64,000 nucleotides of DNA from Macrostomum lignano. Its lineage: Eukaryota. Location of the stretch: NCBI GenBank assembly GCA_002269645.1, contig NIVC01002291.1, positions 124,001-188,000 of the forward strand, in the 5' to 3' direction. Positions 13,301 to 25,923 of this stretch are shown here, piece after piece. Numbering within the stretch: position 1 is the stretch's first letter; the number at the start of each line of letters is the position of its first letter. Made by a program: the position numbers and the translations under genes. The notes beneath the pieces are model-generated. The model did not search any database, was not told the origin of the DNA, and saw only the letters and a list, made by a program, of their open reading frames with translations.

Positions 13301-16300
13301 GTTAGAGATAAGCACCTGGATGATTGGTTAGTTAGAGGTAAGCACCTGGATGATTAGTTAGTTAGAGATAAGCACCTGGATTATTAGTTAGTTAGAGATA
13401 AGCACCTGGATGATTGGTTAGTTAGAGGTAAGCACCTGGATGATCAGTTAGTTAGAGGTAAGCACCTGGATGATTGGTTAATTAGAGATAAGCACCTGGA
13501 TGATTAGTTAGTTAGAGATAAGCACCTGGATGATTAGTTAGTTAGAGATAAGCACCTGGATGATTAGTTAGTTAGAGATAAGCACCTGGATGATTATTTA
13601 GTTAGAGGTAAGCACCTGGATGATTGGTTAATTAGAGATAAGCACCTGGATGATTAGTTAGTTAGAGATAAGCACCTGGATGATTATCTAGTTAGAGGTA
13701 AGCACCTGGATGATTAGTTAGTTAGAGATAAGCACCTGGATGATTAGTTAGTTAGAGATAAGCACCTGGATGATTAGTTAATTAGAGATAAGCACCTGGA
13801 TGATTGGTTAATTAGAGATAAGCACCTGGATGATTGGTTAATTAGAGATAAGCACCTGGATGATTGGTTAATTAGAGATAAGCACCTGGATGATTGGTTA
13901 ATTAGAGATAAGCACCTGGATGGTTAGTTAATTAGAGATAAGCACCTGGATGATTAGTTAATTAGAGATAAGCACCTGGATGATTAGTTAATTAAAGATA
14001 AGTACTTGGATAATTATAAAATGATAAAATATCTAATATCTAAGTGATGAATCAATTTTGCGGTAATAGAAAAGAAAACACGGCTAAAATCATAAATCAA
14101 TCACTCACAATTTGCCAAATATGGCAGGCCTGGGCCTCCGAGTCCAGCGGAATGTCGTACTACGCCACTCGGATGCGCTTCCGATTGCGCGAGTACCCGG
14201 CCTCCGCCTGGCCAGTTTTCTACGGCCAGGATAACATACTGGTTGAGCGCAAATTCTATACCAATGTTCGGGCTGAGTACTGCGGACCCCGCACCCCTGC
14301 ATCCAAGCTGGCCAGTTGTTTGGCCACTCTGGACGGGCACGAGCTCATTCTGACGCCGTCTGGTGGCCGGCTGGCTGCTCTGCCCGGCATACAGAAACTG
14401 CAGAGTCTCGGACAGGGACACATGCTGTCCCCTGTGCGCCTAGGGCTTGCCGATCACTACCTGTTCTATGGGGCCGATCTGAGGTGTGCGAGTTATTCAC
14501 TTGACACATCATTTCAACTTATTCATTGTCTCAGATCCTCACTTCTTCCACATCCCCCTGCACTGCCTCAGATCCTCACTTCTCCCAGATCCCCCTGCAT
14601 TGTCTCAGATCCTCACTTCTTCCAGATCCCCCTGCACTGCCTCAGATCCCAACTTCTCCCAGATCCCCCTGCGTTGTCTCAGATCCTCACTTCTTCCAGA
14701 TCCCCCTGCACTGCCTCAGATCCCAACTTCTCCCAGATCCCCCTGCGTTGTCTCAGATCCCCACTTCTTCCAGATCCCCCTGCACTGCCTCAGATCCTCA
14801 CTTCTCCCAGATCCCCCTGCACTGCCTCAGATCCTCACTTCTTCCAGATCCCCCTGCACTGCCTCAGATCCTCACTTCTTCCAGATCCCCCTGCACTGCC
14901 TCAGATCCTCACTTCTCCCAGATCCCCCTGCACTGCCTCAGATCCCCACTTCTCCCAGATCCCCCTGCATTATCTCAGATCCCCACTTCTCCCAGATCCC
15001 CCTGCATTATCTCAGATCCCCACTTCTCCCAGATCCCCCTGCACTGTCTCAGATCCTCACTTCTCCCAGATCCCCCTGCACTGTCTCAGATCCCAACTTC
15101 TCCCAGATCCCCCTGCACTGTCTCAGATCCCCACTTCTTCCAGATCCCCCTGCACTGTCTCAGATCCTCACTTCTTCCAGATCCCCCTGCACTGCCTCAG
15201 ATCCTCACTTCTCCCAGATCCCCCTGCATTATCTCAGATCCTCACTTCTCCCAGATTCCCCTGCATTGTCTCAGATCCCCACTTCTCCCAGATTCCCCTG
15301 CATTGTCTCAGATCCCCACTTCTCCCAGATTCCCCTGCACTGCCTCAGATCCTCACTTCTCCCAGATCCCCCTGCATTATCTCAGATCCTCACTTCTCCC
15401 AGATTCCCCTGCATTGTCTCAGATCCCCACTTCTCCCAGATTCCCCTGCACTGCCTCAGATCCCCCTGCACTGCCTCAGATTCCCCTGCATTGTCTCAGA
15501 TCCCCACTTCTCCCAGATTCCCCTGCACTGCCTCAGATCCCCCTGCACTGCCTCAGATCCCCCTGCACTGTCTCAGATCCTCACTTCTCCCAGATCCCCC
15601 TGCACTGTCTCAGATCCCAACTTCTCCCAGATCCCCCTGCACTGTCTCAGATCCCCACTTCTTCCAGATCCCCCTGCACTGTCTCAGATCCTCACTTCTT
15701 CCAGATCCCCCTGCACTGCCTCAGATCCTCACTTCTCCCAGATTCCCCTGCATTGTCTCAGATCCTCACTTCTTCCAGATCCCCCTGCACTGCCTCAGAT
15801 CCCAACTTCTCCCAGATCCCCCTGCGTTGTCTCAGATCCCCACTTCTTCCAGATCCCCCTGCACTGCCTCAGATCCTCACTTCTCCCAGATCCCCCTGCA
15901 CTGCCTCAGATCCTCACTTCTTCCAGATCCCCCTGCACTGCCTCAGATCCTCACTTCTTCCAGATCCCCCTGCACTGCCTCAGATCCTCACTTCTCCCAG
16001 ATCCCCCTGCACTGCCTCAGATCCCCACTTCTCCCAGATCCCCCTGCATTATCTCAGATCCCCACTTCTCCCAGATCCCCCTGCATTATCTCAGATCCCC
16101 ACTTCTCCCAGATCCCCCTGCACTGTCTCAGATCCTCACTTCTCCCAGATCCCCCTGCACTGTCTCAGATCCCAACTTCTCCCAGATCCCCCTGCACTGT
16201 CTCAGATCCCCACTTCTTCCAGATCCCCCTGCACTGTCTCAGATCCTCACTTCTTCCAGATCCCCCTGCACTGCCTCAGATCCTCACTTCTCCCAGATCC

Positions 16301-17630
16301 CCCTGCATTATCTCAGATCCTCACTTCTCCCAGATTCCCCTGCATTGTCTCAGATCCCCACTTCTCCCAGATTCCCCTGCATTGTCTCAGATCCCCACTT
16401 CTCCCAGATTCCCCTGCACTGCCTCAGATCCTCACTTCTCCCAGATCCCCCTGCATTATCTCAGATCCTCACTTCTCCCAGATTCCCCTGCATTGTCTCA
16501 GATCCCCACTTCTCCCAGATTCCCCTGCATTGTCTCAGATCCCCACTTCTCCCAGATTCCCCTGCACTGCCTCAGATCCCCCTGCACTGCCTCAGATTCC
16601 CCTGCATTGTCTCAGATCCCCACTTCTCCCAGATTCCCCTGCACTGCCTCAGATCCCCCTGCACTGCCTCAGATCCCCCTGCACTGTCTCAGATCCTCAC
16701 TTCTCCCAGATCCCCTGCACTGTCTCAGATCCCAACTTCTCCCAGATCCCCCTGCACTGTCTCAGATCCCCACTTCTTCCAGATCCCCCTGCACTGTCTC
16801 AGATCCTCACTTCTTCCAGATCCCCTGCACTGCCTCAGATCCTCACTTCTCCCAGATCCCCCTGCATTATCTCAGATCCTCACTTCTCCCAGATTCCCCT
16901 GCATTGTCTCAGATCCCCACTTCTCCCAGATTCCCCTGCATTGTCTCAGATCCCCACTTCTCCCAGATTCCCCTGCACTGCCTCAGATCCTCACTTCTCC
17001 CAGATCCCCCTGCATTATCTCAGATCCTCACTTCTCCCAGATTCCCCTGCATTGTCTCAGATCCCCACTTCTCCCAGATTCCCCTGCATTGTCTCAGATC
17101 CCCACTTCTCCCAGATTCCCCTGCATTGTCTCAGATCCCCACTTCTCCCAGATTCCCCTGCACTGCCTCAGATCCCCCTGCACTGCCTCAGATCCCCCTG
17201 CACTGCCTCAGATTCCCCTGCATTGTCTCAGATCCCCACTTCTCCCAGATTCCCCTGTACTGCCTCAGATCCCCCTGCACTGCCTCAGATCCCCCTGCAC
17301 TGTCTCAGATCCTCACTTCTCCCAGATCCCCCTGCACTGTCTCAGATCCCCACTTCTTCCAGATTCCCCTGCACTGTCTCATTCGAACTTCTTTTCAAAA
17401 AACCGAATTTCAGGCGGCTAGGCCGTTCGGATCGAGGCGAGAAACGCTGCCGAGCCTTCACCCTGGTGTCACTTCACGAAGGCCTGGGCGGCGGCGGTGC
17501 TGATGTCGGCGGTAGCGGCGGCTTCCTCGGGCACACGATCGTGTTCCCAAAGAAGGAAGAGGATCAGTTCAAACCGTTTTTCACCCAGGCCATGCGCATT
17601 CTTGACGAGCTGGGCCGCTCGTCTGTGTGA
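2694..17630 (+). CDS. ARAP: ARAP/centaurin-delta-like protein (PH, ArfGAP, RhoGAP, RA domains). Exons about 2694-3325, 3882-3937 (uncertain), 4313-5147 (5' edge uncertain), 5756-6362, 8769-9200, 10457-10753, 12041-12340, 12906-13103, 14128-14483, 17414-17630
   Basis: ArfGAP zinc finger CGDC-x16-CDDCSGHHR; Rho[11 protein letters not shown] arginine finger, then [16 protein letters not shown] and [13 protein letters not shown]; PH-like segments; GT-AG junctions phase-consistent from 5147 onward. The start codon and the 3325-4313 junctions are uncertain. Confidence 0.85.
3386..3716. repeat. Intronic 32-bp minisatellite (TCAGTAGACTGCGAACTGCCCTCCCAGATCTG)
   Basis: About 10 tandem copies visible. 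Confidence 0.95.
5175..5680. repeat. Intronic 28-bp minisatellite (GCTGGGCCAGCCTCCCAGATCCTCAGTT)
   Basis: Tandem copies fill intron 5148-5755. Confidence 0.95.
6414..8750. repeat. Intronic 23-bp minisatellite (CAGCCTGACAATTGTCCCCAAAT), about 100 copies
   Basis: Homogeneous tandem array with internal palindrome GACAATTGTC. Confidence 0.97.
9285..10290. repeat. Intronic about 34-bp G-rich minisatellite (GATTAGAGTGATGCTAGGAGTGGATTAGGGGTGG)
   Basis: Tandem copies, most containing TTAGGG. Confidence 0.95.
10830..11936. repeat. Intronic 20-bp minisatellite (CCCAGATCCTCGGGTGTTCT variants)
   Basis: Tandem copies fill intron 10754-12040. Confidence 0.95.
12366..12830. repeat. Intronic 33/37-bp minisatellite (GCTATGAGCTACAGCTGACCATAGACAGCATTT)
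   Basis: Tandem copies in intron 12341-12905. Confidence 0.95.
13200..14015. repeat. Intronic 30-bp minisatellite (GATTAGTTAGTTAGAGATAAGCACCTGGAT)
   Basis: Copies stay in register with the 60-bp lines. Confidence 0.95.
14527..17378. repeat. Intronic composite about 20/39-bp minisatellite (CTCAGATCC core)
   Basis: Fills intron 14484-17413; accounts for the spurious >1000-aa ORFs. Confidence 0.97.
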
Positions 17631-17729
17631 TGGTTATGACTGTTCTGTAACCATAGCATGAATGGGGATTGCTTGGGCTTAGTTTGCACACATTTATGTT
17701 GGTCGTTAGTTAATACTCGCCCCATTCCG

Positions 17730-18000
17730 ATTTTTGTGTTTTTATTAGAGCCAGGGGGCTGTGTGCACCGCATTATGCCCATTCCGCCGACTCCCCTGCG
17801 CGGGCACACACAGGAGTGCACAGCGGCCATTTATCGTTAGGCATGTACACTTCACTGTGTCTTGAGGGGTGGCTATCAAGGGCGTTAATTGCACGAGCAG
17901 AACCAAGCCGGAGATTCCAATTTAGCCACAAATTAATGTTGACTGCACTGGGAATCGAGCCTGGGCCGCTGGCACATGAGGGCAACTCTCCGTATTCTAT
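17730..18000 (-). mobile_element. Possible tRNA-derived SINE
   Basis: B-box-like GGCTCGATTCCC on the minus strand (about 17950-17961); GGAGTCGGCGGAATG segment also occurs near 26235; A box not clear. Confidence 0.35.
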
Positions 18001-19034
18001 CAGTGGAAAACAATTAACATTTCAAGCTATTCCAGCCAAACGCACTACTAGCCTACTTGCAAGTAGTAAAAATGCGCGAGTTTCAGTTGTTCACCAATAA
18101 TTATATTTTTGTCAATGCTTCTGTGTCTCGATAATTGATTAATTATTTGTCTAGATTGATAATTGATGTATTGGACTGCATGTATTCATTAAAAATAGGC
18201 CATTTTAGCTGTGGCGAAAATTATCCTAATGTAAATATCAGCCCTCGCTGAGTATGTGTGTAAAAATATTTAATCAAAGATAATACGTGCCTATACTAAT
18301 CAGAATCAATCAGTGTGGTGCTTTTTCTACACAAAGCGATACCTTTTTTCTGTGATGACGTTTGTATTAATTATCCTTATATACTGCTAATAGTAATGAC
18401 TTTTTTAGTCCAATAGCGTATGTTTTTTTACAAAATTGCACAATATACTACTGATTACTAATTCAATTAAGTAGAGGATTCCAATAAATTAGGCTTCAAT
18501 ATCATCGATACTTGTGTATTATTTTTTTTATATAAACCAATTAAAGGCTTAGCCAGGTGTTGATACACGTTGAAAATGCGATTTGATTTCATTTTTTTAC
18601 CCAGATGGCCTCCAGTTTTATTGGAGCTTTTTTTCTTCTGTTTACAAATTGCTTGTGATTAATATGCACGCCACTGTAGTGCCTGTATCCAAGGCCTTCA
18701 ATTTGAACTCCGATTTCATAAAGCACTATTTTTGTCATTCAAATTCCTCCATTACTGTAATTATTGTTGTACTTTTTAACAATAACCCATTTGCTGTTTG
18801 ATGAGCTAATTGTGCCATTGCATGCCCTGCATATGTTGCAGATATTTCTTTCTTGTTTTTAATAATGAACTTCTTATTAATATAGCGCTTCCAGCACACT
18901 TCTCCCAAGTATATTCAAATATACATTTCATATTTAATATTCTTTTATTACAATCGCTTTCCACTATGCACATTACTTATCTGTTACTTATCTGCTTGTT
19001 AATTGCAATGTTGAGTCCGCTTCAGTCACCTTCA

Positions 19035-20125
19035 GTGTCACTCTCACTGCTCCTCATTTCAGTCACTCTCACTGCACCTCATTTCAGTCACTCTCACTGC
19101 ACCTCATTTCAGTCACTCTCACTGCACCTCATTTCAGTCACTCTCACTGCACCTCATTTCAGTCACTCTCACTGCACCTCATTTCAGTCACTCTCACTGC
19201 ACCTCATTTCAGTCACTCTCACTGCACCTCATTTCAGTCACTCTCACTGCACCTCATTTCAGTCACTCTCACTGCACCTCATTTCAGTCACTCTCACTGC
19301 ACCTCATTTCAGTCACTCTCACTGCACCTCATTTCAGTCACTCTCACTGCACCTCATTTCAGTCACTCTCACTGCACCTCATTTCAGTCACTCTCACTAC
19401 ACCTCATTTCAATCACTCTCACTGCACCTCATTTCAGTCACTCTCACTGCACCTCATTTCAGTCACTCTCACTGCACCTCATTTCAGTCACTCTCACTGC
19501 ACCTCATTTCAGTCACTCTCACTACACCTCATTTCAGTCACTCTCACTACACCTCATTTCAGTCACTCTCACTACACCTCATTTCAGTCACTTTTACTAC
19601 ACATCATTTCAGTCACTCTCACTGCACCTCATTTCAGTCACTCTCACTGCACCTCATTTCAGTCACTCTCACTGCACCTCATTTCAGTCACTCTCACTGC
19701 ACCTCATTTCAGTCACTCTCACTGCACCTCATTTCAGTCACTCTCACTACACCTCATTTCAGTCACTCTCACTACACCTCATTTCAGTCACTTTCACTAC
19801 ACCTCATTTCAGTCACTTTTACTACACCTCATTTCAGTCACTCTCACTGCACCTCATTTCAGTCACTTTTACTACACCTCATTTCAGTCACTCTCACTAC
19901 ACCTCATTTCAGTCACTTTTACTACACCTCATTTCAGTCACTCTCACTACACCTCATTTCAGTCACTTTTACTACACCTCATTTCAGTCACTCTCACTGC
20001 ACCTCATTTCAGTCACTCTTTTCACCTCATTTCAGTCACTCTCACTACACCTCATTTCAGTCACTCTCACTACACCTCATTTCAGTCACTCTCACTACAC
20101 CTCACTTCAGTCACCCTCAATAACT
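19035..20125. repeat. Intergenic 25-bp minisatellite (CACCTCATTTCAGTCACTCTCACTG)
   Basis: About 43 tandem copies upstream of UBL3. Confidence 0.95.
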
Positions 20126-20510
20126 TCATTTTAATCACTCTCACTCTCACTGCTTCATTTTTGTCACTCTTCTTCAGAATCAGAGAATACATCTGACCCT
20201 AACAGCTAGCTGAAACGCTAATCCCTACTAGGTGTGAGTAGTAAGTAATTAGCGCTAACATTTCTCTCACTTCTATTATTTACTTGCATGTTGCTGCATC
20301 AGGTGCCGAGGTGACCAAACACTAATAGCAGAATAGGCTAAACTGACGTCATCATGCCGCTTCTAAAAAGCTGTCATTAAATTCATAATTCTAGTTATTG
20401 TGCATTGTCATTCAGCATCTCCTGTCATATCAGTTCCAACAAGTTCGCTTGCACTAACAGACGGCATCCGGCATCCTAAGGAAAAATCTGAACGGTCAGC
20501 AAATAAAACC

Positions 20511-22940
20511 ATGGCCACCGTCCCCGCCGCTGTGCCCTCGGACCGGGTGAACCTTCGCCTGCTGTTGGTCAGCGGCAGCTCGCACTGCTTCTTGTTCAGT
20601 CCGGACGACTGCGCCCAGGAGATTACAGACTTTGTCTATAATAACTGGCCTGAAGGTGGGCACTAATGCGGCCTCGCTCATTTCAGTAATCGCCTTCAGT
20701 TGATTCCAGGAATCGCCCCAAATCAGCCCCAAGAATCACCCCAAAGCAGCTCCAAGAATCACCCCAAAGCAGCCCAAAGCAGCCCCAAGAGTCACCCCAA
20801 ATCAGCCCCAAGAATCACCCCAAATCAGCCCCAAGAATCACCCCAAATCAGCCCCAAGAATCACCCCAAATCAGCCCCAAGAATCACCCCAAAGCAGCTC
20901 CAAGAATTACCCCAAATCAGCCCCAAGAATCACCCCAAAGCAGCCCAAAGCAGCCCCAAGAGTCACCCCAAATCAGCTCCAAGAATCATCCCAAATCAGC
21001 CCCAAGAATCACCCCAAAGCAGCCCCAAGAGTCACCCCAAATCAGCCCCAAGAATCACCCCAAAGCAGCCCCAAGAGTCACCCCAAATCAGCCCCAAGGA
21101 ATCGCCCCAAATCAGCCCCAAGAATCGCCCCAAAGCAGCCCTAAGAATCGCCCCAAATCAGCCCCAAGAATCGCCCCAAAGCAGCCCTAAGAATCACCTC
21201 AAATCAGCCCCAAGAATCACCCCAAAGGAACTCCAAGAATCGCCCCAAAGCAGCTCCATGCCCCAAAGGAACTCCATGAATCGCCCCAAATCAGCCCCTG
21301 AGAATGTAAAAGAGTTCCTTCCTTCAATCAGCCCTAATCGCTCCAACCGCCACCCGCTCTCTGCAGACTGGTCGCAAGCCGAACGGCCAGCCTCCAACAT
21401 TCTGCGCCTCATCTATCAGGGCCGGTTTCTGCACCGCAGCGTTACTCTGGCCGCTCTGCGACTGCCCCCGGGCGGCACCACCGTTATGCATTTAGTTGCC
21501 AGGGACTCTGCTCCCGAGCCGCGCGCCGATGGTGAGCGAACTGATGATCATTATTTTACGAGTACTGCCCTCGGTTGTCCGCAGCCCTGCTCTCCCAATA
21601 CCTCAGGAATCGATCCCAGTCCTCAGAAATCGATCCAAGTCCTCAGAAATCCATCCCAGTCCTCAGAAATCCATCCCAGTCCTCAGTAATCGATCCCAGT
21701 CCTCAGTAATCGATCTCAGTCCTCAGGAATCAATCCCAGTCCTCAGAAATCCATCCCAGTCCTCAGGAATCCATCCCAGTCCTCAGGAATCGATCCCAGT
21801 CCTCAGGAATCCATCCCAGTCCTCAGCAATCAATCCCAGTCCTTAGGAATCGATCCAAGTCCTCAAGTGTCAATTCCAGTCCTCAGGAATCGATCCCAGT
21901 CCTCAGGAATCCATCCCAGTCCTCAGCAATCAATCCCAGTCCTTAGGAATCGATCCAAGTCCTCAAGTGTCAATTCCAGTCCTCAGGAATCGATCCCAGT
22001 CCTCAGGAATCAATCCCAGTCCTCAGAAATCCATCCCAGTCCTCAGGAATCCATCCCAGTCCTCAGGAATCCATCCCAGTCCTCAGCAATCAATCCCAGT
22101 CCTTAGGAATCGATCCCAGTCCTTAGGAATCAATCCCAGTCCTCAGGAATCAATCCCAGTCCTCAGAAATCAATCCCAGTCCTCAGGAATCGATCCCAGT
22201 CCTCAGGAATCGATCCCAGTCCTCAGAAATCGATCCAAGTCCTCAGAAATCCATCCCAGTCCTCAGTAATCGATCTCAGTCCTCAGGAATCAATCCCAGT
22301 CCTCAGCAATCAATCCCAGTCCTTAGGAATCGATCCAAGTCCTCAAGTGTCAATTCCAGTCCTCAGGAATCGATCCCAGTCCTCAGGAATCAATCCCAGT
22401 CCTCAGAAATCGATCCCAGTCCTCAGGAATCCATCCCAGTCCTCAGAAATCCATCCCAGTCCTCAGCAATCAATCCCAGTCCTCAGGAATCGATCCCAGT
22501 CCTCAGGAATCAATCCCAGTCCTCAGGAATCAATCCCAGTCCTCAGGAATCCATCCCAGTCCTCAGAAATCCATCCCAGTCCTCAGGAATCAATCCCAGT
22601 CCTCAGGAATCCATCCCAGTCCTCAGGAATCGATCCCAGTCCTCAGGAATCAATCCCAGTCCTCAGGAATCAATCCCAGTCCTCAGGAATCCATCCCAGT
22701 CCTCAGGAATCAATCCCAGTCCTCAGAAATCCATCCCAGTCCTCAGGAATCAATCCCAGTCCTCAGGAATCAATCCCAGTCCTCAGGAATCCACCCCAGT
22801 CCTCAGTAATCGATCCCAGTCCTCAGAAATCCATCCCAGTCCTCAGGTATATCAAACCACTCTTTCGTGCAGACGAGCGTCGCCGCGCTAAAGGAGGAAT
22901 CTGCTGCTGCTGCTGCAACGGCTGCTGCTGTGTACTTTAG
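20511..22940 (+). CDS. UBL3: Ubiquitin-like protein 3 (membrane-anchored ubiquitin fold). Exons 20511-20655, 21367-21531, 22873-22940
   Basis: MATVPAAVPSDRVNLRLLLVSG..FLFSPDD..NWPE/DW..NILRLIYQGRFLH..VTLAALRLP.G.TTVMHLVAR closely follows the UBL3 consensus; C-terminal CaaX CCVL; both introns are phase 1 GT-AG. Confidence 0.95.
20716..21300. repeat. Intronic 23-bp minisatellite (CCCCAAGAATCACCCCAAATCAG)
   Basis: Fills UBL3 intron 1. Confidence 0.93.
21600..22848. repeat. Intronic 20-bp minisatellite (CCTCAGGAATCGATCCCAGT)
   Basis: Fills UBL3 intron 2. Confidence 0.95.
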
Positions 22941-23454
22941 CGCCCCCCCCCGACTGGCTTGGCGTTTTCGGCCAAGTCGCTCCGTTTTTCTCTCTGAGCT
23001 TTCTTTGATCCTTCACAGCAATCAACAATAGTCCTAACTTAAAGAAGAGTTAAAAATAAAATGTAGAAAACCATCCAGTTTGACTGATTTTTCTTAAATT
23101 GAATGCGTTTATTGTTTTATTGGACACTGACAGGCATACCTCCACGTTTTATTGCAATTTTTTCTCTGTATTTCTATTATAAGTTGGTCCGTATGTTATT
23201 AACGTTTTATTGTGTTGCAAATTTTCTAGTGCATCTGTAAATTTGAATTTTTTGTACACAAACTTTTATTTAGACTCTTGTTGGTATGGATTAGTCTGTG
23301 TCGCGTTTTTTTGTTTGTTTAACTGCATGTTTTCATTTTTTTCGAAATTTTCATCGCCTAATTTTTTCGATAACTCGATAACTTTAGGTATTTCTTAATT
23401 ACTCAAAACGTATTTTTCTCCGTGTAACGAAAGCACCCACCGCTTAGTTAAAAA

Positions 23455-24890
23455 ATATGATCGAGTGCTCAGTTAGATGATCTGAGAGAGTGCCCAGTTA
23501 GATGATCTGATCGAGTGCTCAGTTAGATGATCTGAGAGAGTGCTCAGTTGATGATCTGTTAGAGTGCTCAGTTAGATAATCTGAGAGAGTGCTCAGTTAG
23601 ATGATCTGATAGAGTGCCCAGTTAGATGATCTGATCGAGTGCTCAGTTAGATGATCTGAGAGAGTGCTCAGTTGATGATCTGTTAGAGTGCTCAGTTAGA
23701 TGATCTGTTAGAGTGCTCAGTTAGATGGTCTGAGAGAGTGCCCAGTTAGATGATCTGAGAGAGTGCTCAGTTAGATGATCTAAGAGAGTGCTCAGTTGAT
23801 GATTTGTTAGAGTGCTCAGTTAGATGATCTGTTAGAGTGCTCAGTTAGATGGTCTGAGAGAGTGCCCAGTTAGATGATCTGATAGAGTGCTCAGTTAGAT
23901 GATCTGAGAGAGTGCTCAGTTAGATGATCTAAGAGAGTGCTCAGTTGATGATTTGTTAGAGTGCTCAGTTAGATGATCTGTTAGAGTGCTCAGTTAGATG
24001 GTCTGAGAGAGTGCCCAGTTAGATGATCTGATCGAGTGCTCAGTTAGATGATCTGAGAGAGTGCTCAGTTGATGATCTGTTAGAGTGCTCAGTTAGATGA
24101 TCTAAGAGAGTGCTCAGTTAGATGGTCTGAGAGAGTGCCCAGTTAGATGATCTGATCGAGTGCTCAGTTAGATGATCTGAGAGAGTGCTCAGTTGATGAT
24201 CTGTTAGAGTGCTCAGTTGATGATCTGTTAGAGTGCTCAGTTAGATGATCTGAGAGAGTGCTCAGTTAGATGATCTGATAGAGTGCTCAGTTAGATGATC
24301 TGAGAGAGTGCTCAGTTAGATGATCTGAGAGAGTGCTCAGTTAGATGGTCTGAGAGAGTGCTCAGTTAGATGATCTGAGAGAGTGCTCAGTTAGATGATC
24401 TGAGAGAGTGCTCAGTTAGATGGTCTGAGAGAGTGCTCAGTTAGATGATCTGAGAGAGTGCTCAGTTAGATGATCTGAGAGAGTGCTCAGTTAGATGGTC
24501 TGAGAGAGTGCTCAGTTATATGATCTGAGAGAGTGCTCAGTTAGATGGTCTGAGAGAGTGCTCAGTTAGATGATCTGAGAGAGTGCTCAGTTAGATGATC
24601 TGATAGAGTGCCCAGTTAGATGATTTGATAGAGTGCTCAGTTAGATGATCTGAGAGAGTGCCCAGTTAGATGATCTGAGAGAGTGCCCAGTTAGATGATC
24701 TGAGAGAGTGCCCAGTTAGATGATCTGAGAGAGTGCCCAGTTAGATGATTTGATAGAGTGCTCAGTTAGATGATCTGAGAGAGTGCTCAGTTAGATGATC
24801 TGAGAGAGTGCCCAGTTAGATGATCTGAGAGAGTGCCCAGTTAGATGATCTGAGAGAGTGCTCAGTTAGATGATCTGAGAGAGTGCTGAG
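23455..24890. repeat. 25-bp minisatellite (GAGTGCTCAGTTAGATGATCTGAGA)
   Basis: About 57 tandem copies downstream of UBL3. Confidence 0.95.
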
Positions 24891-25509
24891 ATGATCCAAT
24901 TAAGTGCTCAGTTCGTGGATGCCATGAAGTGCTGATATTGCTGGATTTCTGTCAAAATTCGATTCTTAAGTTCTTAAACAAAGGAATTCTCGACTAAACT
25001 ACTTGTAGATGTCAGTAGTAGTATATGGATTCCGCATAATTTCTATTTTAGCCGCTTGATAATGTATTTCCCGTCATTGTAAGTTCTTCTCACCCCCTGT
25101 TTAATATGTAAAATTTTTGTAAATAACGTCCTGCACATTACACTTCCTACTGTAAGTTTTTGTCATGATTGTGAAATATATATTTTCGATTTTTTCTTTA
25201 ACAGTGGAACTGCTTGTGTCTAACGCAAATATTTGATTGTATTCTAGCAATTCTTATCAATGCTTATTATTTAATATTGTGTGTGTCCACTGGAATTGTT
25301 TGTACACAGAAGTGAACATTTTAGCAACAAAAAATATAAGTATACACATTTATAAGATTTTAGCGGTCACAGAGAGATACAGTCTGATCTATAATTTGCT
25401 GGTTATGGGTTTATGTTTATTCATTTATTAAGTTACGAAAATTTCGTTTTGACGTAATGCTGCGCCGTATCGCTCTTGCGGCAAATTGGCTTTGAGCTTG
25501 GTCTACCCC

Positions 25510-25660
25510 CGATTCGCCGATCCCAGCTCGCCGAATCCTGGTTCGCCGATTCCTGGTTCGCCGAAATTCCCGAGTCGCCTATTCCCGATTCGCCGATTCC
25601 TGATTTGCCGAAATTCCTGATTTGCCGAATTCACATATTCGGCCAATTCGTACTACGTCG
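25510..25660. repeat. Short degenerate TCGCCGA(T/A)TCC repeat cluster
   Basis: About 8 imperfect copies. Confidence 0.7.
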
Positions 25661-25923
25661 AATATCTGGTAATGCCTGTGGCCTGTGCTAGCAAATAGAT
25701 AGGCCATTCTTTGTTTGAACTTTTAGTACATTTTTGCTTGTTTTCATTTACTCTACTATTTCTTAAGTATTAGTAGAGATAGTATTAGTATTTATAGTAA
25801 GTCACTTTAGAAATAGTAGTGTCTACTAGTAATATTACTATTTAGAAATAGTAGTATTACCGTAGAAAGTCAATGGCCGCCTGCGTGTACAGTATTGGCG
25901 CGCTTGTATATGCTATGTATATT

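Noticed and set aside
14044-17630. Three overlapping ORFs of about 1000-1125 aa
   Set aside because: Stop-free translations of the intronic minisatellite; only 14128-14483 and 17414-17630 are exonic, and the 2930-nt intron is not a multiple of 3
18810-20123. 437-aa His/Ser-rich ORF
   Set aside because: Translation of a 25-bp array, non-ATG start, no gene-like context
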